Positions 1-9,369 of a DNA stretch of 64,000 nt are shown piece by piece. Each line of letters begins with the position of its first letter. Position 1 is the first letter of the stretch. Made by a program: the position numbers and the translations under genes. The stretch is taken from positions 32,001 through 96,000 of the forward strand of contig CAXWPJ010000011.1 of NCBI GenBank assembly GCA_963664115.2, in the 5' to 3' direction. The notes beneath the pieces were generated by a model. The model was not told the origin of the DNA and made no database searches. It saw nothing but the letters and a program-made list of their open reading frames with translations. Source of the DNA: Terriglobia bacterium. GTDB taxonomy: Bacteria > Acidobacteriota > Terriglobia > 20CM-2-55-15.

Positions 1-156
1 GGCTCGGGGTTCCTGCAGGCGGGCGAGACGATCAGCGCCAGCATCGAAGGAATCGGCACGCTGACCCACAGGGTCGTCGCCGAGGAGAGCGTACCGGCCG
101 ACCTGTCCGGCGCGCAGCTTCCGCCGGTCGAGTCGTATCGCGGACGGGGTCGCTGA
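1..156 (+). CDS. Fumarylacetoacetate-hydrolase family protein, C-terminal end (runs off window start)
   Basis: Frame 1 reads GSGFLQAGETISASIEGIGTLTHRV...*, matching the FL.pGD.v...IEGIG.L C-terminal pattern of the family. Confidence 0.65.
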   Translation, partial: GSGFLQAGETISASIEGIGTLTHRVVAEESVPADLSGAQLPPVESYRGRGR

Positions 157-498
157 CAGGGCGATCGGCCCGGCAGCCGACCGTAAAGACCACCAGGTGC
201 GGACAGACACGCCGCCCGGTTGACCCGGGCAGTGTTGTCAAATGCACTCAAACTGCAATCAGGGACATGTGGGCTCAGCATTCTTCCTGAATGCCGCTGA
301 CAGATCCAATGTTCTGGATTGCCGTAGAGACCTACGTGATGCCCAAACACCAGGCGAATTTTCGCGACTAATCTGCCATGAACTGGTTCCGGGCACCTTT
401 CCGGTTAGGGGACCATACAGGACTTGGAATCAATACCGCCCTATCCAGGAAGCATCGTGTGGAATTGCTGGGGTTGAAGAGCCTGTCTTTAGCGACCG

Positions 499-588
499 CT
501 ACGGAACCGGGACCCGTTCCTTCAGTTCTTCAAACCAGTTGAGGACGATGTTGATTCTTGGGCGCAAGGTTTCTTCCAAGTCGGCACG
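499..588 (-). pseudogene. Orphan C-terminal tail of an acidobacterial Ser/Thr kinase-TolB-like protein
   Basis: Minus strand reads RPRINIVLNWFEELKERVPVP*; an in-frame stop lies at 589-591 immediately upstream. Confidence 0.6.
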
Positions 589-779
589 CTACTCGGGAGT
601 TGGCACGACGATTCAGTAAACATTACGGCGTGAGTCATAGGCTCGATGTCTTGATCGTCGATTACTCCACAATGAATCGCTTGCAGTTGCCGGACTAACG
701 GGCGAGACTAAAAACACACGAGCGTCGGCAGACAACCTGGCGTTCTCGCCTGCTTAACAAATCATCGGAGGAAAGTATC

Positions 780-1262
780 ATGCGCGGAGCAATGCTGTTT
801 GCGGCCGGACTCTTCGTTGGGTTGGCCGTAAGTGTGGGGATGGCGCAAAACGCCAACAGTAATGTCGTGATGATGAATCACGTGGGCATCAACGTGCCGG
901 ACATCCCGGATGCGATGACATACTACACCGAGACAATGGGCTACCGGGAAGCGTTCCGTCTCAACGACGACAACGGGCAGCCGAGGCTGGTCTACATGCA
1001 CATCAGCGAAAACACGTTCCTTGAGCTCGGGCAGGCGAACGCGCAACGGCCTGCAGGTTTCACCCATTATGGGCTGCACGTCGAGAACGTGGCAGCCGCC
1101 GTCGCACGGTTCAGAAGGGACGGCGCAACTGTCAGTGATACCCGCACCAGCGATACCAAAGCGATCCTCGCCAACATCACTGATCCGTACATGGGCCGCA
1201 TCGAGTTGGCCGAACTCCCTCCAGAGTCCCTGCATTACAAGGCCATTCAGAGCTGGAATTGA
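780..1262 (+). CDS. Exported VOC/glyoxalase family protein
   Basis: Signal peptide, NHVGINV, FLEL, THYGLHV and RIELAE motifs; RBS GGAGG upstream. Confidence 0.85.
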   Translation: MRGAMLFAAGLFVGLAVSVGMAQNANSNVVMMNHVGINVPDIPDAMTYYTETMGYREAFRLNDDNGQPRLVYMHISENTFLELGQANAQRPAGFTHYGLHVENVAAAVARFRRDGATVSDTRTSDTKAILANITDPYMGRIELAELPPESLHYKAIQSWN

Positions 1263-1301
1263 GAAGGAGCATTGACATGAAAGAGGGACGGACGACCTGC
1301 T

Positions 1302-1373
1302 TCACGGCACCGGCACCGGCACCGGCACCCGAAGTTCTTCAAACCACTTCAGGACGATGTTAATCCTCAGGAG
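1302..1373 (-). pseudogene. Second orphan kinase-tail fragment with expanded VP repeat
   Basis: Minus strand reads LLRINIVLKWFEELRVPVPVPVP*; (CGGCAC)x4 at 1305-1328. Confidence 0.55.
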
Positions 1374-1384
1374 TATTCACTCAA

Positions 1385-1480
1385 CTACGCCTCGACAATG
1401 TCGTCTTTCAGGCTCAACACAAATGTGACTAATTCATCACATTCTTGCTTTGGAATCTGTAGGGCTTCCATCGTCGCACT
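1385..1480 (-). pseudogene. Probable C-terminal fragment of a group I truncated haemoglobin
   Basis: Minus strand reads ATMEALQIPKQECDELVTFVLSLKDDIVEA*; resemblance judged by eye only. Confidence 0.45.
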
Positions 1481-1834
1481 TACGCGGCGTCCCTTGACCC
1501 GCAATAGCTTCTGCTGGCATTGGCAAGTTGATCGATCGAGGATACTTTTTCACCAGAGTGCACATGTGCTTCCTGTCAGTCAGCAGACAGACGTCATCGC
1601 CACCCACTGGGCTGCGAAGTAGACGATGGTGAGCTGATCGAAGGCGTGGTCCGGCGTATGGGCTGACCGTTCATGCCCTTGCCCGCACGATGGCGTTGTA
1701 CTCGTCGGTTGCCACCCGCAACGCCTCGTTGTCGGTGATGGGCGTCAGCGTGCCGTTGAACTCGGCGTACAGCCGGAACGTGTTCAGCACGACCCGCCCC
1801 GCGCCCATCCAGTTGGTGAACTTGCCCATGTTGA

Positions 1835-1889
1835 GCGGATAAGCGGAACAAGCGGGGTCTGACAACTATCAGAGCGCTGACGGTGTCGT
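1835..1889 (+). repeat. 55-bp dispersed repeat, copy 1 (starts GCGGATAAGCGG)
   Basis: 47/55 identical to 7692-7746 by manual alignment. Confidence 0.8.
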
Positions 1890-1896
1890 CGTATGG

Positions 1897-2307
1897 GTGT
1901 TATGTCAATCCGCGCGCGGCCGCAGGCCGTCGCGCGAAGGTCGTGGGACCATCACGCAGGGTACAACACTCTATGCCCAGCGCTGCGCAATGTGCCATGG
2001 TCCGAACGGCGAAGGGACGGATACCCCGGCAGGTGTCGGACCGCTTTTAGTGGCGCCGAATCAACAAGGTACCAGGGGGATCCGGGGATATCGCTTTTCG
2101 ACCACCTTATTCAGCTTCGTCTACCGCGCCATGCCGATGCATCAGGAAAGGACACTCAGTGCCGATGAGGCTTATGCCCTGTCCGCACTTTTGTTATACC
2201 GCAACGGCATCATCAGGGAGAATGAGGAAATGAACTCAACGACCTTGCCCCGGGTCATCATGCCAAACCGGGACGAATGGAGTCCTCCACCGGAAACTTC
2301 AGGATAA
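1897..2307 (+). pseudogene. 5'-truncated c-type cytochrome (SorB/SoxD-like)
   Basis: CAMCHG haem motif, TTLFSFVYRAMP, EAYALSA, MPNRD; no signal peptide or clear start; paralogue of 7079-7570. Confidence 0.7.
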
Positions 2308-2366
2308 CCATCGATCATTAACTTGGTGTACAGCCCCAAAATCCGGGTATTTCCATAACTCACTAG

Positions 2367-4215
2367 TCCCTGAACAAGCGTGATTGACGAGGAAATGATA
2401 GTGCAATAAGAGCGGAAGTACCCGAAATGCCCCCTCTCCGTGCGAAAAAAACCTTGAACAGATTCTTCGGAAAAGGAGGCATTTCAGATGAACGATTATA
2501 CGCGCAAGAACATGAGGAACCGCAAGCGGCGAATCGAACGTCGGCTTGGGGACCGGCATTGGACGGATCAGGTAGAGCCGATGTTTTCGGCGAGCAACAT
2601 TCAGTACGAGATGGGAGAGCGGACGCGGGGCACATCGGTTGGTGGTATCGGGACGATGCAACTGGTGGCGCGGCGGACCGGGCTGATCGAAGCCATCGAC
2701 AAGGGCGTGCATGTGTTGAAGCGGCACCTGCCGTATCACGAGTCGGATCACGTGCTGAACATCGCCTACAACGCCTTGAGCGGAGGAACGTGCCTGGAAG
2801 ACATCGAACTGCGGCGCAACGATGCGGTGTATCTGGATGCGCTGGGAGCGCAACGGATTCCGGATCCGACGACGGCGGGAGACTTCTGCCGGAGATTCGA
2901 GGCCGACGACGTGGAGTGTCTGATGGAGGCAACCAATCAAGTCCGGCTCGGAGTCTGGCGACAGCAACCGGCGGCGTTTTTCGAAGAAGCGGTGTTGGAC
3001 GCGGACGGGACACTGGCCGAAACCACGGGGGAATGCAAGCAAGGGATGGACGTGGCCTACGACGGGACGTGGGGATATCACCCGCTGATGATCTCGCTGG
3101 CCAACACCGCCGAACCGCTGTATCTGGTCAATCGTAGCGGCAACCGGCCGTCGCATGAAGGAGCCGCGGTCCGGTTCGACCAAGCCATCGCATTGTGCCG
3201 GCATGCGGGGTTTCGCCAGATCCTGCTGCGCGGGGACACGGACTTCAGCCAGACCCGGCATCTGGACGGATGGGACGACCAGCAGGTGGGTTTCATATTC
3301 GGGATTGACGCGATGGCGAACCTGAAGGCCCGGGCCGATGAACTGGAGCCGCGCCAGTGGAAGCGCCTGGAACGGCCCGCGAAATACGACGTGGCGACCG
3401 AACCGCGCCAACGTCCCGACAACGTGAAGGAAGAGATCGTTCGGCAGCGCGGTTTCGACAATATCCGCTTGCAGGGTGAGGATGTGGCCGAGTTTCGGTA
3501 TCGACCCGGAGCCTGCGATCGGGACTACCGTGTCGTCGTGGTGCGGAAGAATCTGTCGGTGGCCAAAGGAGAGCAGGTGTTGTTTGACGACATCCGGTAC
3601 TTCTTCTACATTACCAACCGTTCGGATCCGGCCGACCAGATTGTGATGCGTGCCAATCAACGGTGCAATCAGGAGAATCTCATTGAGCAGTTGAAGAACG
3701 GCGTTCAGGCGTTGCGGATGCCGGTCGGAGATCAGACCAGCAACTGGGCCTACATGGTGATCGCGTCACTGGCCTGGACACTGAAAGCGTGGTTTGCATT
3801 GCTGCTTCCCGAAACCGGACGTTGGGGCCAAAAATATCAGGCTGAGAAGCAAACCGTGCTGCGCATGGAGTTCAAAACCTTCTTGAACGCTTTCATGCTT
3901 GTGCCGTGCCAACTCGTGCGCACCGGGCGGCGCATTCTGTTCCGGATCCTGGCCTGGAACCGGTGGTTGCCGGTCTTGTTCCGCGGGGTGGATGTGTTGC
4001 GTCAGCCTCTGCGATGTTGACCCGATCATGACTCTGAGCCCGGGCGATCGAGGTCCCGGTTTCTGTCAACCGTCCAACACCAGCGAGGCTGAACTGAAAC
4101 AGATTCAACAGAAACTCGATACCTGGAACAGGCCATCCGGGAACGGGATTCTATGCCTCGAATTCTATCGGCGCGAACTGGGCCTCGGCGGACTGGTTAT
4201 GCGCTTGTTTTGGGC
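2367..4215 (+). mobile_element. IS1380-family element
   Basis: CTAG TSD at 2363-2366 and 4216-4219; ends TCCCTGAACAAGCG / CGCTTGTTTTGGGC. Confidence 0.88.
2488..4020 (+). CDS. IS1380-family DDE transposase
   Basis: 510 aa; LDADGT, WGYHPL, LLRGDTDF and R.NQENLIEQLKNG motifs. Confidence 0.92.
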   Translation: MNDYTRKNMRNRKRRIERRLGDRHWTDQVEPMFSASNIQYEMGERTRGTSVGGIGTMQLVARRTGLIEAIDKGVHVLKRHLPYHESDHVLNIAYNALSGGTCLEDIELRRNDAVYLDALGAQRIPDPTTAGDFCRRFEADDVECLMEATNQVRLGVWRQQPAAFFEEAVLDADGTLAETTGECKQGMDVAYDGTWGYHPLMISLANTAEPLYLVNRSGNRPSHEGAAVRFDQAIALCRHAGFRQILLRGDTDFSQTRHLDGWDDQQVGFIFGIDAMANLKARADELEPRQWKRLERPAKYDVATEPRQRPDNVKEEIVRQRGFDNIRLQGEDVAEFRYRPGACDRDYRVVVVRKNLSVAKGEQVLFDDIRYFFYITNRSDPADQIVMRANQRCNQENLIEQLKNGVQALRMPVGDQTSNWAYMVIASLAWTLKAWFALLLPETGRWGQKYQAEKQTVLRMEFKTFLNAFMLVPCQLVRTGRRILFRILAWNRWLPVLFRGVDVLRQPLRC

Positions 4216-4357
4216 CTAGTATCCGGAACACGGCGCGAAAGCCCGCGGCAAGTTACAGATCAACAATGAGTTGAATGGCATTCTTGGATTTTTCGATTTC
4301 AGCCTTCCGATTGCGCTTTCGCGGTAATCCAGTGATAGGGGGTGATACCAATGGCGT

Positions 4358-5527
4358 ATGAACTCAGGCCAAACCGTCTTCTCACAAGTCATGGATTACG
4401 CACCCCGATACGAATTTCAGAAGTGTGTCGCCCGCTATCGTGGCGACTACCAGCTGCAAGGTTTTTCGTGCCGGGATCAGTTCCTTGCAATGGCATTCGC
4501 CCAGCTGACCTATCGTGAAAGCCTCCGCGATATCGAGGCCTGTTTACGCGCCCTCGGCAGCAAGCGTTACCATATGGGATTTCGAAGCAAGGTGGCGCGG
4601 ACGACACTGGCCGACGCCAACGAGCGGCGCGACTGGCGGATCTATGCGGATTTCGCACAGGTCCTGATCGGCGTGGCGCGGCCGTTATATGCCAAAGATC
4701 CCATCGGTGTCGAACTGGCTCAGGGGCTGTACGCCCTGGACTCGACGACCATTGACCTTTGTCTTTCATTATTCCCATGGGCCCGGTTTCGCCGGCACAA
4801 AGCCGCCGTCAAGATGCATACACTGCTGGATCTTCACGGAAACATTCCCGCGTTTATCCGCGTCACAGACGGGAAAGTTCATGACGTCAACATTCTCGAT
4901 GAAATCGCACCCGAAGCAGGGGCCTTCTACGTCATGGATCGCGCGTATATCGATTTCGAGCGGCTCTTTCTCTTCACGCTCTGTTCCGCATTCTTTGTTG
5001 TGCGTGCCAAGAAGAACGCCGTCTTGCAGCGCCGGTACTCCCGTCCGGTGGACAAGACCACAGGGTTGCGATCCGACCAGACGGTCATTCTCACCACGAT
5101 CAAGTCCGCCAAAGCCTATCCCGATCCGTTGCGGTGCATCAGCTACTTCGACGCCGAGACGAACAAGCGGTTGAAGTTCCTGACCAACAACTTCGCGTTG
5201 CCCGCGCTCACCATCACTCAGATCTACAAGTCGCGATGGCAAGTTGAACTCTTCTTCAAATGGATCAAACAACATCTTCGGATCAAGTCCTTCTATGGCA
5301 CGAGCGAGAATGCAGTCAAGACCCAGATCTGGATTGCCGTTTCCGTTTATGTCCTCGTCGCCATCATCCGCAAGCGCCTCGACATCGATAGGAGTCTTTA
5401 CCAAATCCTACAGATTCTCAGCATTACCATTCTCGAAAAACAGCCCATTTTGCAGGCCTTTTGCGCGCCGAACTCCCAATTCGATGGGCTCGACGATCCT
5501 AACCAACTGGTTCTATTCGACTTCTAA
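4358..5527 (+). CDS. IS4-family transposase (DUF4372 + DDE)
   Basis: 389 aa; LDSTTI, MDRAY and YKSRWQVELFFKWIKQHL (YREK) motifs. Confidence 0.95.
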   Translation: MNSGQTVFSQVMDYAPRYEFQKCVARYRGDYQLQGFSCRDQFLAMAFAQLTYRESLRDIEACLRALGSKRYHMGFRSKVARTTLADANERRDWRIYADFAQVLIGVARPLYAKDPIGVELAQGLYALDSTTIDLCLSLFPWARFRRHKAAVKMHTLLDLHGNIPAFIRVTDGKVHDVNILDEIAPEAGAFYVMDRAYIDFERLFLFTLCSAFFVVRAKKNAVLQRRYSRPVDKTTGLRSDQTVILTTIKSAKAYPDPLRCISYFDAETNKRLKFLTNNFALPALTITQIYKSRWQVELFFKWIKQHLRIKSFYGTSENAVKTQIWIAVSVYVLVAIIRKRLDIDRSLYQILQILSITILEKQPILQAFCAPNSQFDGLDDPNQLVLFDF

Positions 5528-5655
5528 CCGGACACTAGTGTCCATAACTATTGATATTTTTTGGGAATGAATTGACTCTGTTATTTGTCACCCCTAGACT
5601 AATCTGATCTCAAGCAGTTTTTCCGCAGGACTGGGCAATATTTGGGGAGGTTAGT

Positions 5656-7020
5656 ATGGCGCAAAAAAAACTGACAAGCCGTAGGCGATTTCTAAAGAGC
5701 AGTGCAGCGCTGGGATTGACCGCAGGTGTGGCACCTGCATTTGGCCAGATACTTCATCCCAATGTCATCGCCGTGACCGAGACCCGTGCCCGTGGCCTGT
5801 TGTCAAAGTATGAAGATACGGAGCGCATCAGGTTCCGGCGGAACAGGAATCCCAATGCCACGGCCCTGACACCATTACAGGACCTGAACGGCATCATCAC
5901 ACCCTCTGAACTGCATTTCGTGGTTGATCATGAAAACGGTGTATTGCTGGATATCAATCCCGCGGAATACCGCCTGCGGGTCACCGGTATGGTGGACCGT
6001 CCACTAGAATTTACTCTAGATGAATTGAAGCGCATGCCGTCGGTATCATCTACCAATGTCCTCACCTGTGGTGCCAACGGCGGGGATGCATTCAGTGAAG
6101 GGGCATTGACGGTCCAACAGACCCACGGCAGGACCAGTACCAGTGAATGGAGCGGCGTGTCATTTAAAACCCTGCTCGAGGAAGCAGGGGTGCAAGCAAA
6201 TGCCAAGTGGGTGATCGCCATGGCCGCTGATCCCAGCGACCACGTGGCCAGTTTCCCAATGGAGAAGGCGATGGACGGGGTGACCATGGCCGCTTATGCC
6301 CAGAACGGCGAATCCGTCCGCATCGACCAGGGTTACCCGGTCCGTGTTGTCGCGCCCGGCTACACTGGCCGCTGGCTGGTCAAGTGGTTGACCCAACTGT
6401 ATGTCACCGATGACACCCATGTGACCCGTCAGGACGGGATGAACATGGAGGACCGCATGCCGGACGGTAGTGGATTCCTGTTGGCAACGGACCTGACCCG
6501 TTATTACCGGCTTGAGACTACGCCAAGATCGGTCATTACTTTTCCTTCTGGCGGGCAGAGATTACCGGGTCCCGGTTTCTATGAGATACGTGGCCTGGCC
6601 TGGACTGCTGGGACCGTCAAGCGGGTGGAAATCTCTACCGATGGCGGCGAGAGCTGGAAGGATGCCACGCTGCAGGAACCGGTGTTGCCCTATTGTCATA
6701 CCCGCTTTCGTATGGACTGGGAATGGGACGGTCGGGAACGTATCATCCAGTCCCGCTGCACCGATGAGAAGGGGTACGTCCAGCCTGCACCAAACGAAGT
6801 CTCCTCGACCTGGGGCGTGGATTCCAGCCAGGAATGTTTTGATGTGATGGGTGAGCTCTGCAACCAGGTGCCAAGGGACACCCATAACTCTTTTATCATG
6901 AGCTGGAAGATCGCCGCGAACGGGGAAATCACTAACCCGATGCGGGAACTGTATCCCGAGGGACGGCCGGAAAGCCTTGGCCATTATTATTCCGGTGGAC
7001 ATGCCTTCTTCGAGGATTGA
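5656..7020 (+). CDS. Tat-exported molybdopterin oxidoreductase, sulfite-oxidase family (SoxC/SorA-like)
   Basis: SRRRFLK Tat signal; TPLQDLNGIITP, LTCGAN (Mo-ligand Cys), QGYPVRVVAPG, VKWL; C-terminal dimerisation domain. Confidence 0.9.
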   Translation: MAQKKLTSRRRFLKSSAALGLTAGVAPAFGQILHPNVIAVTETRARGLLSKYEDTERIRFRRNRNPNATALTPLQDLNGIITPSELHFVVDHENGVLLDINPAEYRLRVTGMVDRPLEFTLDELKRMPSVSSTNVLTCGANGGDAFSEGALTVQQTHGRTSTSEWSGVSFKTLLEEAGVQANAKWVIAMAADPSDHVASFPMEKAMDGVTMAAYAQNGESVRIDQGYPVRVVAPGYTGRWLVKWLTQLYVTDDTHVTRQDGMNMEDRMPDGSGFLLATDLTRYYRLETTPRSVITFPSGGQRLPGPGFYEIRGLAWTAGTVKRVEISTDGGESWKDATLQEPVLPYCHTRFRMDWEWDGRERIIQSRCTDEKGYVQPAPNEVSSTWGVDSSQECFDVMGELCNQVPRDTHNSFIMSWKIAANGEITNPMRELYPEGRPESLGHYYSGGHAFFED

Positions 7021-7078
7021 CCATTAAATCTTTTTTCATCAGTCAATACGAATTGATCAGCGAGAATAGGAAAAGCGT

Positions 7079-7570
7079 GTGAGAACATCATCGGGACATT
7101 GGTTGGGCTTGGTATTACTCGTGTTCTGTCATTCGGCCCTGTCACAGACCCCCGGCCAGGGATTGGGGCGGACCATGAGTGAAAGGGATCTGTCGGAGCT
7201 GATGTACACGGTGGGACCTAAGGGCAAAGAGCTGCCGCCGGGGCAGGGTAGCGCCAGGGAAGGCGTCTTGATCTACGAGGCCAGTTGCGTTTCCTGTCAT
7301 GGCATAGAAGGCCTGAACGGAGGACAAAATACCCTCAAAGGAAGTCCGCTTTTACCTTTCCCCACCACCTTATGGGACTATATCCACCGGGCGATGCCAA
7401 GGAGTCAGGCCAATGTCGGGGTACAGGAAAGACAGCTGAGTAATGATGAAACCTATGCCCTCACTGCGTATATCCTCTACATCAACGGAATAATCGGACT
7501 GGATGAAGTGATGAACGCCGAGAGTTTAGTCAAGGTGGAAATTCCCATCGAAAAGAAAGCGCAAGAATAG
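7079..7570 (+). CDS. c-type cytochrome partner of the Mo enzyme (SoxD/SorB-like)
   Basis: Signal peptide, LPPGQGS, CVSCHG, TLWDYIHRAMP. Confidence 0.88.
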   Translation: MRTSSGHWLGLVLLVFCHSALSQTPGQGLGRTMSERDLSELMYTVGPKGKELPPGQGSAREGVLIYEASCVSCHGIEGLNGGQNTLKGSPLLPFPTTLWDYIHRAMPRSQANVGVQERQLSNDETYALTAYILYINGIIGLDEVMNAESLVKVEIPIEKKAQE

Positions 7571-7691
7571 ATCCTTCCCGCCTTGGGGAGTGATTCGCAA
7601 ACGCCGCCCAGCAGGCTGACCGGAATCAGGGCACACATAGTCTAGTCGTTGTAACTTAAAATTAACCTCTCTGGCATCATATCAATGCGAG

Positions 7692-7746
7692 GCGGATAAG
7701 CGGTATAAGCAGGGTCTGACGACTATGGTAGCGCTGACAGTGTCGT
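7692..7746 (+). repeat. 55-bp dispersed repeat, copy 2
   Basis: Direct repeat of 1835-1889. Confidence 0.8.
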
Positions 7747-7783
7747 AGATTTGCTTGGTCAAGTCCTGTATCTGGACTCCTCT

Positions 7784-8076
7784 GTCAAGTAGGCGCAGCT
7801 CTCCCGTCAGCTTTCTTCGGCAAAATGCATTCAGCAGGACTGACTAGAAGTTACGAGGTGAGTAGCTAGTCGACTGCACCCGTATCTTCGGCCTCAAAAG
7901 TGGAACTGTATTGTTCCGGGCCATGATGGAAATTTGCGCGCGGGGAGCCAACCGATAAAATAACGGCCTCTAAGGGCCAAAGGACTTGTCGGCGTTGCCC
8001 CGCGCCGGTCTGACCGGTACGCCATCATCTCGAACCTCATCGCAGCTCGCTGAAAAGATATTCCGACTGTTCCGGG
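7784..8076 (-). ncRNA. Predicted bridge/seekRNA-encoding region of the IS1111 element
   Basis: About 290 bp non-coding between the transposase stop and the IR, where IS1111 elements encode their guide RNA; RNA boundaries not determined. Confidence 0.5.
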
Positions 8077-9121
8077 TCAGGCCGCCTGATACCGGGCCTG
8101 ATGGTCACAGTCACGGTTCCAAACCGCCCACACGCGACGCGCCAACTTGTTGGCCAGTGCAACGATTGCCTTGTTGTGTCCGCGGAACTCGTGTTTCTGG
8201 AGACCCCATTGCTGGAGAGGTGTCGGTGTGGCGCCCTCTCGATGGGCACTCCACAACAGGGAACGGCCCCCATGAACCAACAGCATCCGGAGGTAACGAT
8301 CGCCTTGCTTACTGATCCGGCCCATGCGTCGCTGGTTGCCACTGGAATGTTCCCGGGGTGTGAGTCCCAGATAACTGGCAAAATGGCGGGACGTTCGGAA
8401 TCGTTTGATGTTTCCAACAAACCCCACCATTGCCGTTGCCGTTAACAGGCCGATGCCGGGAATCGACGTCAGACGCGCGACCTCAGGCATCTGCCGAGCC
8501 AGCGTCTTCAACTCTTGTTCCACCGATCGTAAGCGAGATTCCAATTCACGGATCTCGCCACACACCTGGTGAAACATCTCCCGAACGACACTGGGGATGA
8601 CGACATCTGCATCTTCGATCAGCTCCATTACCCCCGGCACCAGATGATCCGCTCCGGTCGGGATCACGTAGCCAAACTCCCGTAACAACCCCCGCACCGT
8701 ATTGATCCGTGCGGTTCGGGTTCGCATCCACGCCGAACGGATTCGATGCAATGAGGTCAGTTGCTGTTGGGCCAGGGTTTTGACCGGCACTGGATGAATA
8801 TCGCTGTCACGATAGGCTTCCAACAATCCTTTCACATCCGTACGGTCGGTCTTGTTGCGCCTGACGTAGGGCGTCACATACTGCGGCGAGATCAGAACGA
8901 CCGTGTGTCCCAGTTCCCGGATCTTCCGACCCCAGTAATGGGCGGATCCGCAGGCTTCCATCACCACGGTCGCCAGCTCCTGGTTCGCAAAGAACCCCAG
9001 AAACTTTGCCCGACTTAAACGATAGGTTTTCTCTACATGTTTTCTCTACACCGGGGCGATCTGAAACACCAATTTGGAAAACATTCTTTGCCAGATCCAC
9101 TGCTATCGTTCTATTCTTCAT
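8077..9121 (-). pseudogene. IS110-family recombinase (DEDD + Tnp20), frameshifted
   Basis: MKNRTIAVDLAKNVFQ in one frame; MEACGSAHYW, KTDRTD, SIPGIG and SSG in another; short duplication GTTTTCTCTACA at 9026-9037 / 9039-9050. Confidence 0.88.
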
Positions 9122-9369
9122 CTCGGACTCCTTTTTGTTCACACTCACGTGTTTCGCCCGCTTTATTGCGAGGCTCAAAATGACTGTGGCACTTCGATGC
9201 CGACTCAGTCATCAAAGAGGAGTCCATACCATCAATAAACGACATTGTCGGACAGTGAGAATTGGCGAGCTGAGCGTGTCGCCACATTCCATTGAAACAG
9301 CATGGGATATGGCCAATTGGAGGCCATTCGAGGAACGGCAGGCGAGAGGAGAGTTTCCGTTCGGTGAAA

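Larger units (their letters stand above)
2361..5540 (+). mobile_element. IS4-family element whose left inverted repeat is interrupted by an IS1380
   Basis: 9-bp TSD TCCATAACT at 2352-2360 and 5541-5549; rebuilt left end CACTAGTATCCGG vs right end CCGGACACTAGTG. Confidence 0.9.
7769..9234 (-). mobile_element. IS110 family, IS1111 subgroup element
   Basis: 11-bp subterminal IRs TGGACTCCTCT (7773-7783) / AGAGGAGTCCA (9216-9226); no TSD; long non-coding region downstream of the transposase. Confidence 0.85.
7759..9263 (+). repeat. dif-like palindromic site A, split by the IS1111 element
   Basis: Left part TCAAGTCCTG (7759-7768) plus right part ATAA-ACGACA-TTGTCGGACAGTGAGAATT (9235-9263) rebuilds the site consensus. 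Confidence 0.75.

Noticed and set aside
1305-1328. (CGGCAC)x4 microsatellite as a contingency locus
   Set aside because: In-frame hexamer expansion inside a dead gene tail; there is no intact gene to switch.
5656-7570. Naming these genes soxC/soxD
   Set aside because: No soxAXYZB nearby and the active-site motif is divergent, so only the family is supported.
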